A stretch of 63,356 bases of DNA, filler included, from Stramenopiles sp. TOSAG23-2 (lineage: Eukaryota), in NCBI GenBank assembly GCA_900128395.1. It is 7 parts of 7 records of this genome, joined end to end, with 100 filler letters (N's around TTAATTAATTAA, not from the genome) between each part and the next. Parts side by side here need not be neighbours in the genome. Positions count along the whole stretch, not along the records: positions 27,213 to 36,177 come from LT650138.1; positions 36,278 to 45,241 come from LT650139.1; positions 45,342 to 54,304 come from LT650140.1; 4 more parts are not named here. The stretch is one strand, 5' to 3'. The notes beneath the pieces are model-generated. The model was not told where the DNA came from. It saw nothing but the letters and a program-made list of their open reading frames with translations, and did no database searches. This document shows positions 33,151 through 45,343 of this stretch, in pieces; position 1 is the stretch's first letter; the number at the start of each line of letters is the position of its first letter. A program made the position numbers and the translations under genes.

Positions 33151-33828
33151 ATCTGTTTTATTGTTATGATAGCACGATTGTTTTGATGACGAAAATAACT
33201 TTTTCGTCTTGGTATTAATTCCTTATCTTCGATACCTTTTCTCTTCGTTGCTTCTTTGAAGACATCTTCGTTCATTAATCTCGTCAATTCCTGATTCACT
33301 TGATAATATATTAATGATATTTGTAGTATTTATTTCATTTTTTGAATTATTATTCATTGACATGTTGTTATATTTTGTTTCGTCTATTTTAATGTTAATC
33401 TTGATGCTCTGGTATAACCAATACGATTATACTTTAGTATATTTCATCAGTCGTCTTACACATGTAACAATATATATATTAATATTTATTTATGGGTCGA
33501 ATATATATATGATAGGCCAGGTTAGGTACCGTCGATATATATACTGTGTGTTACCATCATCATGATGTGTCCTTTTAGCTCTCCCAGCTCTCTCTCTCCT
33601 CTAGGTGCTATGTGGTGCTGTGTAATAGCGAAATGCGAAATCCAGGAAATCCCCTTTTCATCACATTGCTGGATTGCCGTTAATTCACACATGAGAGTGC
33701 ATATATTCTTAATATTATAATATATATCATACATTATTATATCCAGTCACAACAAGATCATTTACTTTTTTAATATACATATATGTATATACAATAAAAC
33801 ATTGTGAATTGTGGAGGGGGGTATAAAA

Positions 33829-34270
33829 ATGGAAAGAAAAGATGGAACACCCAGTCCATCACCACATTTACGTAGAATGACTACATTTATTGGTTCAGAT
33901 GCGGAGGAAATATTAAATGAAACGAAATATGGACCATCATGGGATAATAGTCGATCTAGAAGAATTATACGTCCACCATTACCAATCATGAAGCCATTGC
34001 ATAAAAGTTTAGAAATTGCAACAAATAAATCCGTATGGAGAAATGCAATACCAGATCAAAAGAATGTACCATACCAACCATCATCATCATCTTGCTGGCT
34101 ATAAAACCGTGCGTGCATGGATGAAAGGCAGGCCACCAATGACAGAAGAGGAACGGCGTAAGCAAGCTATTGAAATGATGCGCTTGGCAATGTATGGACA
34201 AGCTGAAGGGCCTGGAGAAGACTCGGAAGTTGAAACATCCGATGAAGAAAAGTATATGGTGCAATGGTAA
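33829..34270 (+). pseudogene. Hypothetical gene with an apparent 1-nt frameshift near 34070-34076 (pseudogene or consensus error)
   Basis: Frame 1 (MERKDG...DQKNVPY) is protein-like up to ~34074; a second frame (NHHHHLAGYKTVRAW...SDEEKYMVQW*) is protein-like afterwards. Confidence 0.45.
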
Positions 34271-34321
34271 AAAAAATATGGAATTCTTCTCTGGTGTATT
34301 AAAAACTATTCGGTATCATAT

Positions 34322-34503
34322 GAGATGTACATCAAAAATTTGGCTTTACTATATACGTAGTAGGATAGCATATATTATTCTTGCGATTGAGTATTGAGCA
34401 TATTACTTAACAGAGATGTACATCAAAAATTTGGCTTTACTATATACGTAGTAGGATAGCATATATTATTCTTGCGATTGAGTATTGAGCATATTACTTA
34501 ACA
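34322..34503. repeat. Exact tandem duplication, 2 x 91 bp
   Basis: gagatgtacatcaaaaatttggc...gagcatattacttaaca at 34322-34412 and 34413-34503. Confidence 0.95.
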
Positions 34504-34633
34504 CGAGAAGTGTAAAAATACGAGTACGCTCGTATTATATAACTTACGAAGATTTTAACCATCATGATATATATACGAAGTATATGATACACATATTATA
34601 TTTAAATTAAAAGTTTTAAAATATCCTTTAACT

Positions 34634-36177
34634 CTAAAAATTCTTAATCATGCTTCCTCGCAAATTACTGTTTGATTTAAACTTTCTCCAAGAACCAACA
34701 CCTTTTCGTTTTGCTGTTTGATCCAATTCAATAGGTTGATCATCACTACTTGTAAATGTTGTACTTTCGCTTTTAAAACCAAATGCTTTTTTCATGTGAC
34801 CATGAACTTTTTTCGCAACTTTTTTTACAAAGCACAGTATTTTGCCAATTAGATTCTTGCCGCAACCTTTTTTACCACCTCCTCCTCCATCGCCGCCGCC
34901 ACCACCGCCTGGAGGCGCGCCGCCACCAGCAGCTGGAGGGGCACCATCTGCACCGCCGCCGCCGCCCCCCAACTTATCTTTAACAGCCTTAGCTCCTTTT
35001 TTTATTTTTTTCGCAACTTTTTTAATAAAACACATTAATTTGCCAATCAAACCTTTGCCACAACTTTTTTTCTTTTTTTTAGGAGGTTTCGGAGCATCAG
35101 GTGGCCCTGTTGGTATTGTTATCTTAGGCAACCCACATGGGAATTGCAATGATGGAAGCATTGCTTTATCAGTATCCGGTACAGGTAGACCTGGCCGTCC
35201 TAATTTACCAGTAACATCCTCAAAGGGAATCGTCGGGCGTGGAACTGGTGAACAATCCGCATCTATACCAGCTTTTTTATTCATTCCTTCAATAGCTTTT
35301 CCATCTGGACCAACTTTAACTTGTGCATCTTTATCAAATGGGGTTTTAGGGGGTGTAGGGGCATTTTTCTTTTCTTTATCTGTTTTGTCTGCTGCAGCTA
35401 CATCTTGCTTTGCTGGTGGGCCACTAGCACCACTAGCACCACTACCACTACCATCGCCGCCACCGTCACCATCACCCTCATCTTCATCCTTTGGCGGTTT
35501 TGGAGGTGGAATAGGTGGTATTGCTAACTTTCCTTTATCACTTTTCTCTTTTGCTTCCATCTTATCCTTTAATTCCGCCGCTTTTGCTGGGTCCATAGGT
35601 TTCTCGAGTACGGCTTTAAGGTTTGCCTTGGCTAATAGTTCATTTGCATGTTGTTTTGTCATTTGTTTTTTAACCATTTGTATACTATCCATATGTGGAT
35701 TAACAGGTGCTAGCATTTCTTTTACATCATCTGAAAAAGGACTTTTTGGTTTTGGATGTTCAGCAGCTTTATCTGATGATGCAGGGGGTCTTAATTCATT
35801 TACAACTGGCAGTGAAATTTTTGGATCTTTTTTATCATCCTTACCGCCACTTCCATCTACAATTGGATTTTTATTATCACCTTGTGTGACTCCAGCTTCT
35901 ATTTCCTTTTCTTTTTTTTCTAAATTTTCTTTAAAGGTCTTTAAAATATTTGTATCGACTTTTTCATCAACCTTCCCATCTACACGAACGTTTTTCTTCA
36001 CAGCATCTTTCATAGCTGCATTTTTCACGTCATCATTTAATAAGGATTTAATAGTTTTTTTATCGCTTTCAGACATTTTTTCCGGCATGGTTTGGCGCAA
36101 TATATTATCCATAACAACTTTACTATTTGCAGCGCTGACAATACTATCTTTTGCATTCTCACTGACGCTTTTTTTTC
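34634..36177 (-). CDS. Pro/Lys/Gly-rich low-complexity protein with two Cys-flanked cationic amphipathic repeats; 5'-partial
   Basis: The frame of ORF 34634..36112 stays open to the contig end; repeats CGKGLIGKLMCFIKKVAKK and CGKNLIGKILCFVKKVAKK. Confidence 0.75.
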
Positions 36178-36277
36178 NNNNNNNNNNNNNNNNNNNNNNN
36201 NNNNNNNNNNNNNNNNNNNNNTTAATTAATTAANNNNNNNNNNNNNNNNNNNNNNNNNNNNNNNNNNNNNNNNNNNN
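36178..36277. other. Artificial contig linker
   Basis: 44 N + TTAATTAATTAA + 44 N. Confidence 0.98.
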
Positions 36278-37443
36278 TCCCCATACTGTGCTGTTATAGA
36301 AAATTAATAACACTAATTATAATTAAAAAATGTACACATAGGCAGGTTTTAAAAAGTAGGTACACAGCAGGTGTTAGTACTGTGTGTATGTATTAAATAC
36401 CATATGCACAGCATTAAACAGTCTCCATATTTACTCCCTGCTATCTCCATATGTAAAATTACATGTATTTTTTTTTCCATAGTGTGTAGTTATATTTAAT
36501 TTTATGGATATTAAATAAAACATTATACTGATATGTATAATTTTTACCATAATCAATATAGTGATTATTTACTATAATTACCTTAATTACGATATCTTAT
36601 ATATTATTCTATTATGTTGACTATTGAAAAATAACATCGATATTTACTTGTTTAAGGATTATTATAGATTAGTAACTAAATTTACATCACAAAAACTTTT
36701 GGTTTAATTGGATTTCTTTTATTAGATTTTTTTTCCAAATCCTCGCAACACTGCCTTCTAAAACTTGCTGCTAATGAGGTGCTAAATTAACAGAAAAATT
36801 GGTTTTTACGTTAAAACAAAAACTTTTTCGTTAATTTTTCGTTGTTCTATTAATAGAATTGCTTTTTGATAGGACCCATGTAGTAAGAACATTCAAATAC
36901 TAAAACGTATAGGAAAAAATGGATAGTTTCAAAATACATGTATAGAGAATGGTATACTAACGATTTGTGCAGTTGGAAAATCCAAATTTTATTATTAGTT
37001 AATTTTCCACCACCACCACCACGTGTCCAAAAAGACATCCTTATATTATAGTCTACCAAGTATAATATTTATAAATTATAAACTACCGCCTACACATCAT
37101 GTGGGGGGAAAGGAAAACCTGTACCTGAAATTCCATTTTTAGACATAGAATAATACATAATTATATCCGAAATATCTAAATATTTTTCTATCATTCAGTA
37201 TTGTTATTTTGTACATAAATTTGAGTGTAAATCCAAGAAGTCTCGATATTTCTTCATTGAAAGACCGACAATTAGAACAAGAGAGGAAAAAATAGAATAA
37301 ATTTTGAATAGGACTAAGTAAAAGAAAAAAGTAGAGATGTGCATATATTTAAAAGAGAAAGTAATATATATATACATTAGAGAAACAAACAAACAAACAA
37401 CAACAACACAAAAAAGAGAAGTAAAGAAAATTACAACAAGACT

Positions 37444-38056
<613 letters not shown>

Positions 38057-38483
38057 ATACTTGTATATATATATATATATATATTAAATCCAACCACAAA
38101 CACGGGGAGACAAGAAAAATTAAAATCATCTTCCATGCGCGCATGTCATACGCACAAATATATTTTATATATTTTAAATATTTTTTAAAACAACACACAA
38201 TTAATAATATTTTTTTTATTTTAAAAGTGTATGTCAATTTGTACTTGTTTAGTGGATTTAGTAGTCTTTAGATATATATATAGGGAACTTGATATTTTTT
38301 ATTTTTTTGTTGATTTTCAAAGGCAAAGAGGCCGATTTTCAAGCAAAAAATGTTAAAACGTATATTAATATACATATTATAAGAGAAGATGATGTAAAGG
38401 AAAGTATAGTGTGTGGTATATAATATGCATCTCACACTCTTTTTTAAAATATATATATATTTTTCTCGCGTGTATATAACTTA

Positions 38484-39147
38484 TTATTGTGTTTCCCTTC
38501 CTACGGTGCCACTTGGACCTGCCCTACATTTTTCTTTTAACCACCTATCTTCACCTGGTTCTAAATATCGCATTTCTTCCCCCGTTTTAAAACTACGTAT
38601 TTTACCATCTCGTTTTTTCATATCATAATAACCATCACCTGCATCGTATTGACCATCTTCGAGCTTTGGATCTCCATCCCTATTATCTGTTAACTGTGAT
38701 TGTCCAGCTGGTTTCAATCCATTTTTTATTTCTGTATAAAAACGCCTATCTTCTAAAGTACAATATTTCCAATCTTTTTTTTCATATTCAAGTCCATCAT
38801 TAAAGGTATAATCACCACGAACTTCTTTGCCTTCATTCCAAAAAGCTTTATAACTTCCACAATCTGGTACGTAAATGGTTCCTTCACCATGAAACATTCC
38901 ATTTTTAAATCCACCTTGTGATATTAATATTAATATGCATATTTTATTGTTAGTATATTTTTTATTTTAATCTGTGTTAGTAGAGAAATTAGAGAATATT
39001 GAATTTCAATTCGTTACAATAATACATAGAAATGAATTACGTACCAACATATTTTGTCCCATTCGGATATGTAAATGTTCCTTGCCCTTCAAACCTTCCA
39101 CTATCCATAGCAGATTTAGGTTCATATTGCGCCCCTGTATATTCCAT
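38484..39147 (-). CDS. MORN5: MORN repeat-containing protein 5, 2 exons (39147-39045, 38914-38484)
   Basis: MEYTGAQY...GRFEGQGTFTYPNGTKYV|GGFKNGMFHGEG...YTFNDGLEY..W.YC...DRRFYTEIKNGLKPAG..QLT...YDAGDGYY matches MORN5 as I recall it. Confidence 0.9.
38915..39044 (-). other. Spliceosomal intron (130 nt) in MORN5
   Basis: GTACGT donor, two TACTAAC motifs, AAG acceptor; phase 1, restores the frame. Confidence 0.85.
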
Positions 39148-39401
39148 ATTTTATATTATCTTGATAGCTATTATTTTATCTTACAAATGTATTCTTCTCA
39201 AACCTAATTATATATGCAATGTTATGTGTATGTACTAAAAAAGGGATTGATAAGACTTATCAGAAGAAGAAGAAGAAGAACATCCACAAAGTACTTGGTA
39301 TACAATAAGTCATAGTACTTTTCTTTTGTTCATATAAAATATATATTTTTATCTATTTTTTGTACGTTGGTCAAAAATTGATCTTGAATCGTGCCCATAT
39401 G

Positions 39402-39431
39402 CACATTTCGGAAATATTTATCCGAAATGTG
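39402..39431. repeat. Perfect 11-bp inverted repeat in a divergent promoter region
   Basis: CACATTTCGGA-aatattta-TCCGAAATGTG. Confidence 0.85.
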
Positions 39432-39813
39432 GAAATATCTATTTCATTTTAATTTCATACTAAAATGAAAAGTGTATTAAATTTTCCATCCTAATAAATC
39501 CATTTTTTTTTTGCGAAAAAAATGAACAAAGCGTTTCCTGTCTTCCGTAGTTAAAGCTAAGTGACCTGCTATTTCCCTGTATATGTAATTTTTTAATGCT
39601 ATTGTAATTGTATGATTTTGGTAATGTGGTTGTTGTTGGGTTGCTTGTGGTAAAATATATAAGTTAAAGGAAAGAAAGAGATATACATATATTATATTGT
39701 TTGCCTGTATAGAGATATTGAGGAATGATGATTCTTTGTGTGTTTGTTGTTGTTGTTGCATAAAGAATATAAATATATAATAAATTCGGTTATATTTAGT
39801 TTTATTCAAAAAA

Positions 39814-40758
39814 ATGGTGAAAAAATATGATCCGTCGTATTTACGTGATTTAAAATCATATCGTGAACATCGTACTGGTGTTTTACAAGTATCTAAAAAA
39901 ACAATTAAACCTTCTTTCTTACAAAATATGAATAGTAAAAATCAAAATAATAATAATAATACAATAAATAGGAACAATGTCAACAATCAATTATCGTCGT
40001 ATGGAATGAATTACAACAGTAATAACAACAATGGCAGTAAAAATACGAAAATTAATGAAGCAGTTGCTGAATATAAAATTAAAAGCTATGCTTTAAACGA
40101 TAGATTATTTGTAAAATCACTTGATGGAGATAATAATAATTTTCAAAGTTCAGATAGACCACCATTAGTACGCTACTCACATTTACCAAATACATTAAAA
40201 TATGAGCGAATTAGCGTTCCTACTACGCTATTGGATAAACCGACATCTATTGATAATTGCATGCCACCGGAATATGTTGTAGAACCAAGTCTTGCAGCTG
40301 CTGCTCATTGTACACACGGATGGATTGCACCAAGATCACATAAAATGAATAATCGGAAAAAGAAAAAAATTGTTGATAAAGGTGGGCGTACATTTGGTGA
40401 CTTAGATATAAGAAGCGCAATGTCTGAAATTAACTATGAAGAACAAATATTAAATCATGTCAATGAAGGGATTAATAAATCGACTTTAAGAGGTATGTTA
40501 ATTGTTGCTGATGATAATAATGAATATAATTATAATAATATAAAGAATAACAATGGTATGGCAAATAAATATACATCTCCATATAGAAAAAAATCATATA
40601 CTGAAAATGAATATGCTGATGGTGTGATCAATCAACCGAGAACATGGGGAGTAGGTCGCTCTGAATATTATAATCATTTTAGTAGTGCAACGAAAAATTT
40701 ATTGCAAAAAGAAGAACAAGTTAGAAAGCCTATATTAAGACGTGTCAAAATGTATTAG
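39814..40758 (+). CDS. Hypothetical Asn-rich protein (314 aa)
   Basis: ATG-initiated ORF with coding-like composition; no family recognised. Confidence 0.65.
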   Translation: MVKKYDPSYLRDLKSYREHRTGVLQVSKKTIKPSFLQNMNSKNQNNNNNTINRNNVNNQLSSYGMNYNSNNNNGSKNTKINEAVAEYKIKSYALNDRLFVKSLDGDNNNFQSSDRPPLVRYSHLPNTLKYERISVPTTLLDKPTSIDNCMPPEYVVEPSLAAAAHCTHGWIAPRSHKMNNRKKKKIVDKGGRTFGDLDIRSAMSEINYEEQILNHVNEGINKSTLRGMLIVADDNNEYNYNNIKNNNGMANKYTSPYRKKSYTENEYADGVINQPRTWGVGRSEYYNHFSSATKNLLQKEEQVRKPILRRVKMY

Positions 40759-40781
40759 CACATTCATTATGGTATTCTCTT

Positions 40782-40887
40782 TTATGAGAATATCAACACC
40801 CTAGTGTGAGATAGATATCACACTGCCTCAATTATTGTATTCTTTTGAAGGAGTAGGAATTATCATATATATGAGTCAATTAAAAAA
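40782..40887 (+). repeat. Dispersed ~100-bp repeat, copy B
   Basis: ttatgagaatatcaacac..gtgtgagatagat..attattgtattcttttgaaggagtaggaattatc..atgagtcaattaaaaaa. Confidence 0.88.
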
Positions 40888-41068
40888 TACGGCTTCGTAT
40901 ACGGTAAGATTATGCGTAAAAATTATATTATTACGTATATATATATATATTATATATATGTACACAAAATAAAATATATATATCTAGAATTTAATACGCG
41001 AAAGTATATTAAATATAAATATTTTTTCGTAAAATACGCGTATTTTTTCTTTTCTCTGTGTTTTAATT

Positions 41069-44000
41069 TTACATGTCATTGCCAAATAATTTTAACAATG
41101 AATCGCCATCAATATTATCATTTCGACCAAACACATTCGTTGTAACAACTCCACCATTAGGTGTTACTCTACCATTTGATGATTTTGGCAAATCAACAAT
41201 ATTTAATTGCTTTTTTGCTAATATACTATCCTCATCAGAACTACCATCATTTTTTCCACCCATAGATGCACTTACATCGGTTAAAAAAGATTGAAATACA
41301 GTGCGTTTAGCACGATCTGTCAAAGCTGCTTTTTTTAACTTTTCATCTAATTGTAATACAACATTTTTATCAACATTTGGCAAAATACATAATACCTCAC
41401 GAGCAACATCAGAATATATAGTTACGCCTGGTTTGATATTTAAATCACCACCACCACCCTCGTGTACTGGTATCCACCCAAATGAGATCCTACAATACGT
41501 TGATGTTACTAATGCCACTAAATGTCCTTGATTTGTTTTGCCATGATTTTCATTATTTAATAAAACGGTTAAAAGAGATTTCAATATATGCCCAAGTAAT
41601 GCATGTTTATTTCCATCTTTTGATACGTGTGGTAAAATTCTTTCAATAACCTGCGAGGCTAGGATTAAACATTTTGTATCTGGCCATATAATCACACTTG
41701 CTAATGTTAAACATATTTGTTCGATTATTTCATAATTCATCATAACAATTTTACCCAATTCTGTTAAATATGTATGAGGTGAGTTTTGCTTTGATAAATC
41801 TTGTTTTGTTGCCGCACCATTTTTATTCAATTTAAGCGGTTTTGCTGGGAATATTTCGCGCAAGTAACTAACATATTCCCTGCTTGCATCGCATAAAATC
41901 CTTTCGTCTACCATTAATTTTACATCCGGTTCCATACCAACTGGGAAATGCCATGGATTGCGTTCATCCGGGTTCGTTTTCCACGTTTGCCATGTGTTTT
42001 GCAATTTGCTTGTTGTGTGTTGAAAGAAATTTCGTAATAAAGGCAATAATATTGGAACCGCCAAAGGCAACGGGCATGATAAGGTAAATGGATTCATAAA
42101 TTGAGATATCAATAAACGTAAATGTCGCAATTCCATGTAATCAATACCATTGAATAAACTATGTACTAAAACTGCGTTTAAATTTTGCCAATCGAATAAA
42201 CCGCCTTGGCCTGGTGTATACGTTAATGGATTTTTTAAAAATCCAATGTGTCCTTGTTGCATAGATGCTGTTTGGAACGCGGCGATTTTTAATATATCGT
42301 ACGATTCTCGTCGTAAATGTGTCATCAAACTAGCAAAATCTGGACCTCCAACATTTACATTATGTTTCCATTGGTTGCTACTAACAGCGACGGATTGATG
42401 ATGCGCTCCAGGTATGTTGACATAATGATCCTCAAATCCCATGGCACTTCGAATTTCTAATGGAGCGATACGCTGTATCCAACACATCTGCGATTGCTCT
42501 AATTTTTCTCGAAATTTTGGTTCCCATATCGAATGTATAGTTTTAATCAAGATAAATGTATTAGGTAAAATTTTAGGCCAGTGATGTATGAATGGATGCC
42601 TTTTGATTTGACTTTGCTTATCTTTTTTTATACGTGTACGTTTTCCGACGCAATGAAAGATTTGTAACAACGAATATATTTTCCAACGATTATCGGCACT
42701 TGAAGCTTGTAACATTTGAATTAAATTTTCTGGAGACGATATTATTTGCTTTGAATTTGGAAGATTCCAGTCTTTCAGAGGTTGATCCATCATTTGGTCT
42801 ATAAATAATTTTTGATCCTCGAAATTTGGTTTTGAGTTGCTAACAATAACTAATGTTTCGTACAATAATGCCTTTTCTGAATCTAAAATTTGCTTTTGCG
42901 TCATCAAGGACACTACGCGGCCAATTAAATCAGGAAACAATGTATGCATCTGATCTGGAACTTTATTGCCAATTTTTATTAAGGATGTTGCTGCCCTTCG
43001 CCTTGCTGCTTTTGTATCATTGTGTAAGTTTCCCAACGTTTCTAATTGCATTTCATTTGGGCATTTAAATATTACTGATGTAAATAATTTTTCAAGAACA
43101 TGTCCTAAATTTGCTGAATGGTTCTTAAAATAACCGCCCTTCGCAAATTGTGCCAACCCTATTAATTGCCTACTTAACAAGAGTGCATCATTGGTTTGAT
43201 ATTTTAATATCATAATTAAAATTTCTGTCAATGGCTTGGAAATATCTACAGTGCCATTGTGCAATCCATTTGGCTTGGTCATATTACCCTTTAACGATCC
43301 CATAATACACTCCAAATAAACCATGATACCTTCCATCTGTACATATTCCTTGCTAAATAATGTTGCTTGCATTAATCCATCTTTATTATCGTTTCTAAAA
43401 GAATTTGTTGCTTTTGAGGACATTTGTAAAATTTTAGATATATTTTGCCCTAATATATTAATCATAACTGACGGGTATTTACGTGCTACTGCTTTAATTG
43501 CAGTTATAATACGGCTGCGTACTATACCTAGGGATTGTAAAAAACTGTCATGGTCCTCAAAATCCATAATACCATATTGTGTAAATGGAGAATTAATGGC
43601 AGGATCTTCTGGGGAACCATGACGTAAAACTTTTTCATATAAAACATTTCCCAGCCAACCAATACGATTTTTTATTACAGGAGCATCGATATAACCTGGC
43701 AAACGCTCCAATACGTAATACCATACACCTAATAATTTTTCTGTAATTTTCTTACTCGTATGTTGAAAGCATCTACATACTAAATCTAAATATGCATTCG
43801 CGACTGGGGAATCTGGTTTAAACGAAATTAAATGCACTTCGCCAATAGAAGTTACAATTTTTATGACTTTTTTCTGATATTCGTGATTACTTTCATTTAC
43901 TGGAAATTCTGTTTGTGGGTCCAGATTAATTTGTTTACACGTTTCAATAATTCTAGACACTGCTGCTTCTGGACTGATTTTATTAGTAGCTGGTTCCGTG

Positions 44001-44818
44001 AAAGTTTTTCTGGAACATAATGCATGTAATGCAACACATGCTTTCATTCGTATTGAATGTGATTGTTCTCTCATTAATGTACAAAAAACATTTAAAAAAT
44101 CATGTTCTGGATCGAAACAATAATTTACATTCATCCATTGTGCCAATATTGTTAATAATTCTAAACATATACATAAGAAGTATTCAATTCGCTTGCCATC
44201 ATTACCATTTCTATTTGCACAAAACATAGAATATTGTTGCTGTATAGCATTGTACAACGTTTTCAATATTTGTGATAATCCAGTGCTGATAGCTTTTAAA
44301 ACTTCGTTGCGCCTCTTCGTCGGCATGCAATTATTAAATTCAGACGAATTTGCATCTTGTGCCAATAAATGCAATGCTCGTATGGCTATAGACGCTTGTG
44401 AATATCCTACATTCATCAATTTAAATATTTCTGGTATGAAATTCACCCAAAGCTGTGGCCAATCGCGTTTTGCTAACTCTGCTAGTAACTTTGCAATAAT
44501 TTCAGCAATAACACGTGAAGGTGATAATATATCAAATTCAATACTAGCAAAAGTTAATATATTCGTTTTTATCCAATTTTTTTTCTCTTGATCCCATCCA
44601 TTCCATTGGTTTTTTATAGCATGTTCAATGCAATGCAAAAAGAAATGTTGCATAGTTATATCATCTCTAGGACAAGCTGCAAATAGAGATATTGATTTTG
44701 GACAAGCTTGTGGATCATTTTTAAATTGTTCTAAATAATTTCCAGCTTTTTGCCTTTGTTGAATAGACGTATTTGGTGCATGTACTGCTCTAATCGCTTG
44801 GACTACAGTTTCCTCCAT
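41069..44818 (-). CDS. XPO5: Exportin-5-like karyopherin (importin-beta superfamily)
   Basis: IBN_N/Xpo1-type N-terminus (RQKAGNYLEQFK, HFFLHCIEHAIKNQWN, LAKRDWPQLW); RRRAATSLIKIG and EKALLYETLVIVSN segments and the ~1250-aa length fit exportin-5/HASTY/Msn5. Confidence 0.8.
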   Translation of the reverse strand: MEETVVQAIRAVHAPNTSIQQRQKAGNYLEQFKNDPQACPKSISLFAACPRDDITMQHFFLHCIEHAIKNQWNGWDQEKKNWIKTNILTFASIEFDILSPSRVIAEIIAKLLAELAKRDWPQLWVNFIPEIFKLMNVGYSQASIAIRALHLLAQDANSSEFNNCMPTKRRNEVLKAISTGLSQILKTLYNAIQQQYSMFCANRNGNDGKRIEYFLCICLELLTILAQWMNVNYCFDPEHDFLNVFCTLMREQSHSIRMKACVALHALCSRKTFTEPATNKISPEAAVSRIIETCKQINLDPQTEFPVNESNHEYQKKVIKIVTSIGEVHLISFKPDSPVANAYLDLVCRCFQHTSKKITEKLLGVWYYVLERLPGYIDAPVIKNRIGWLGNVLYEKVLRHGSPEDPAINSPFTQYGIMDFEDHDSFLQSLGIVRSRIITAIKAVARKYPSVMINILGQNISKILQMSSKATNSFRNDNKDGLMQATLFSKEYVQMEGIMVYLECIMGSLKGNMTKPNGLHNGTVDISKPLTEILIMILKYQTNDALLLSRQLIGLAQFAKGGYFKNHSANLGHVLEKLFTSVIFKCPNEMQLETLGNLHNDTKAARRRAATSLIKIGNKVPDQMHTLFPDLIGRVVSLMTQKQILDSEKALLYETLVIVSNSKPNFEDQKLFIDQMMDQPLKDWNLPNSKQIISSPENLIQMLQASSADNRWKIYSLLQIFHCVGKRTRIKKDKQSQIKRHPFIHHWPKILPNTFILIKTIHSIWEPKFREKLEQSQMCWIQRIAPLEIRSAMGFEDHYVNIPGAHHQSVAVSSNQWKHNVNVGGPDFASLMTHLRRESYDILKIAAFQTASMQQGHIGFLKNPLTYTPGQGGLFDWQNLNAVLVHSLFNGIDYMELRHLRLLISQFMNPFTLSCPLPLAVPILLPLLRNFFQHTTSKLQNTWQTWKTNPDERNPWHFPVGMEPDVKLMVDERILCDASREYVSYLREIFPAKPLKLNKNGAATKQDLSKQNSPHTYLTELGKIVMMNYEIIEQICLTLASVIIWPDTKCLILASQVIERILPHVSKDGNKHALLGHILKSLLTVLLNNENHGKTNQGHLVALVTSTYCRISFGWIPVHEGGGGDLNIKPGVTIYSDVAREVLCILPNVDKNVVLQLDEKLKKAALTDRAKRTVFQSFLTDVSASMGGKNDGSSDEDSILAKKQLNIVDLPKSSNGRVTPNGGVVTTNVFGRNDNIDGDSLLKLFGNDM

Positions 44819-45241
44819 ATGTTATATATATAATTCTTACTACGTGTGTGTGGGGAAGAGATAAGATATTTTTCAAAGAACCAAAAGGGCAGAATGATGT
44901 TACAATTTGCTTTAAAATGCGTTTTACATACATCTACAAAAAAACGGTAGAAATAATTACATCAGTATATACATATTTCAATCAATCACTCTAACACACT
45001 CACTAATAAATACATCTTTATCTTGTTTGTAAAAAATTAATAATAATAAATAATAAAAAAAAGAAGAAGAAGACGACGAGACGACATCATGTGCACACTG
45101 GCACATCATCATCGCAGCTGCTTTTCTTTTGTGTCTATTTTTCGTGGTGGTGGTGAATTTTCTAAATAACAATTCTATAAATCTATAAATGAAAATCACC
45201 ATGATTTCTCGTCTTCCTATCAAATTCCCGTAGCTTAACTA

Positions 45242-45341
45242 NNNNNNNNNNNNNNNNNNNNNNNNNNNNNNNNNNNNNNNNNNNNTTAATTAATTAANNN
45301 NNNNNNNNNNNNNNNNNNNNNNNNNNNNNNNNNNNNNNNNN
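45242..45341. other. Artificial contig linker
   Basis: 44 N + TTAATTAATTAA + 44 N. Confidence 0.98.
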
Positions 45342-45343
45342 GT

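Noticed and set aside
33223-33225. In-frame TAA as evidence of a reassigned genetic code
   Set aside because: Conserved genes (aldolase, Ub-Nedd8, GCN1) end normally at TAA, and no other in-frame stops occur.
34842-36233. 463-aa plus-strand ORF
   Set aside because: Antisense shadow of the Pro/Gly/Lys-rich minus-strand gene; F/S/L-rich and runs into Ns.
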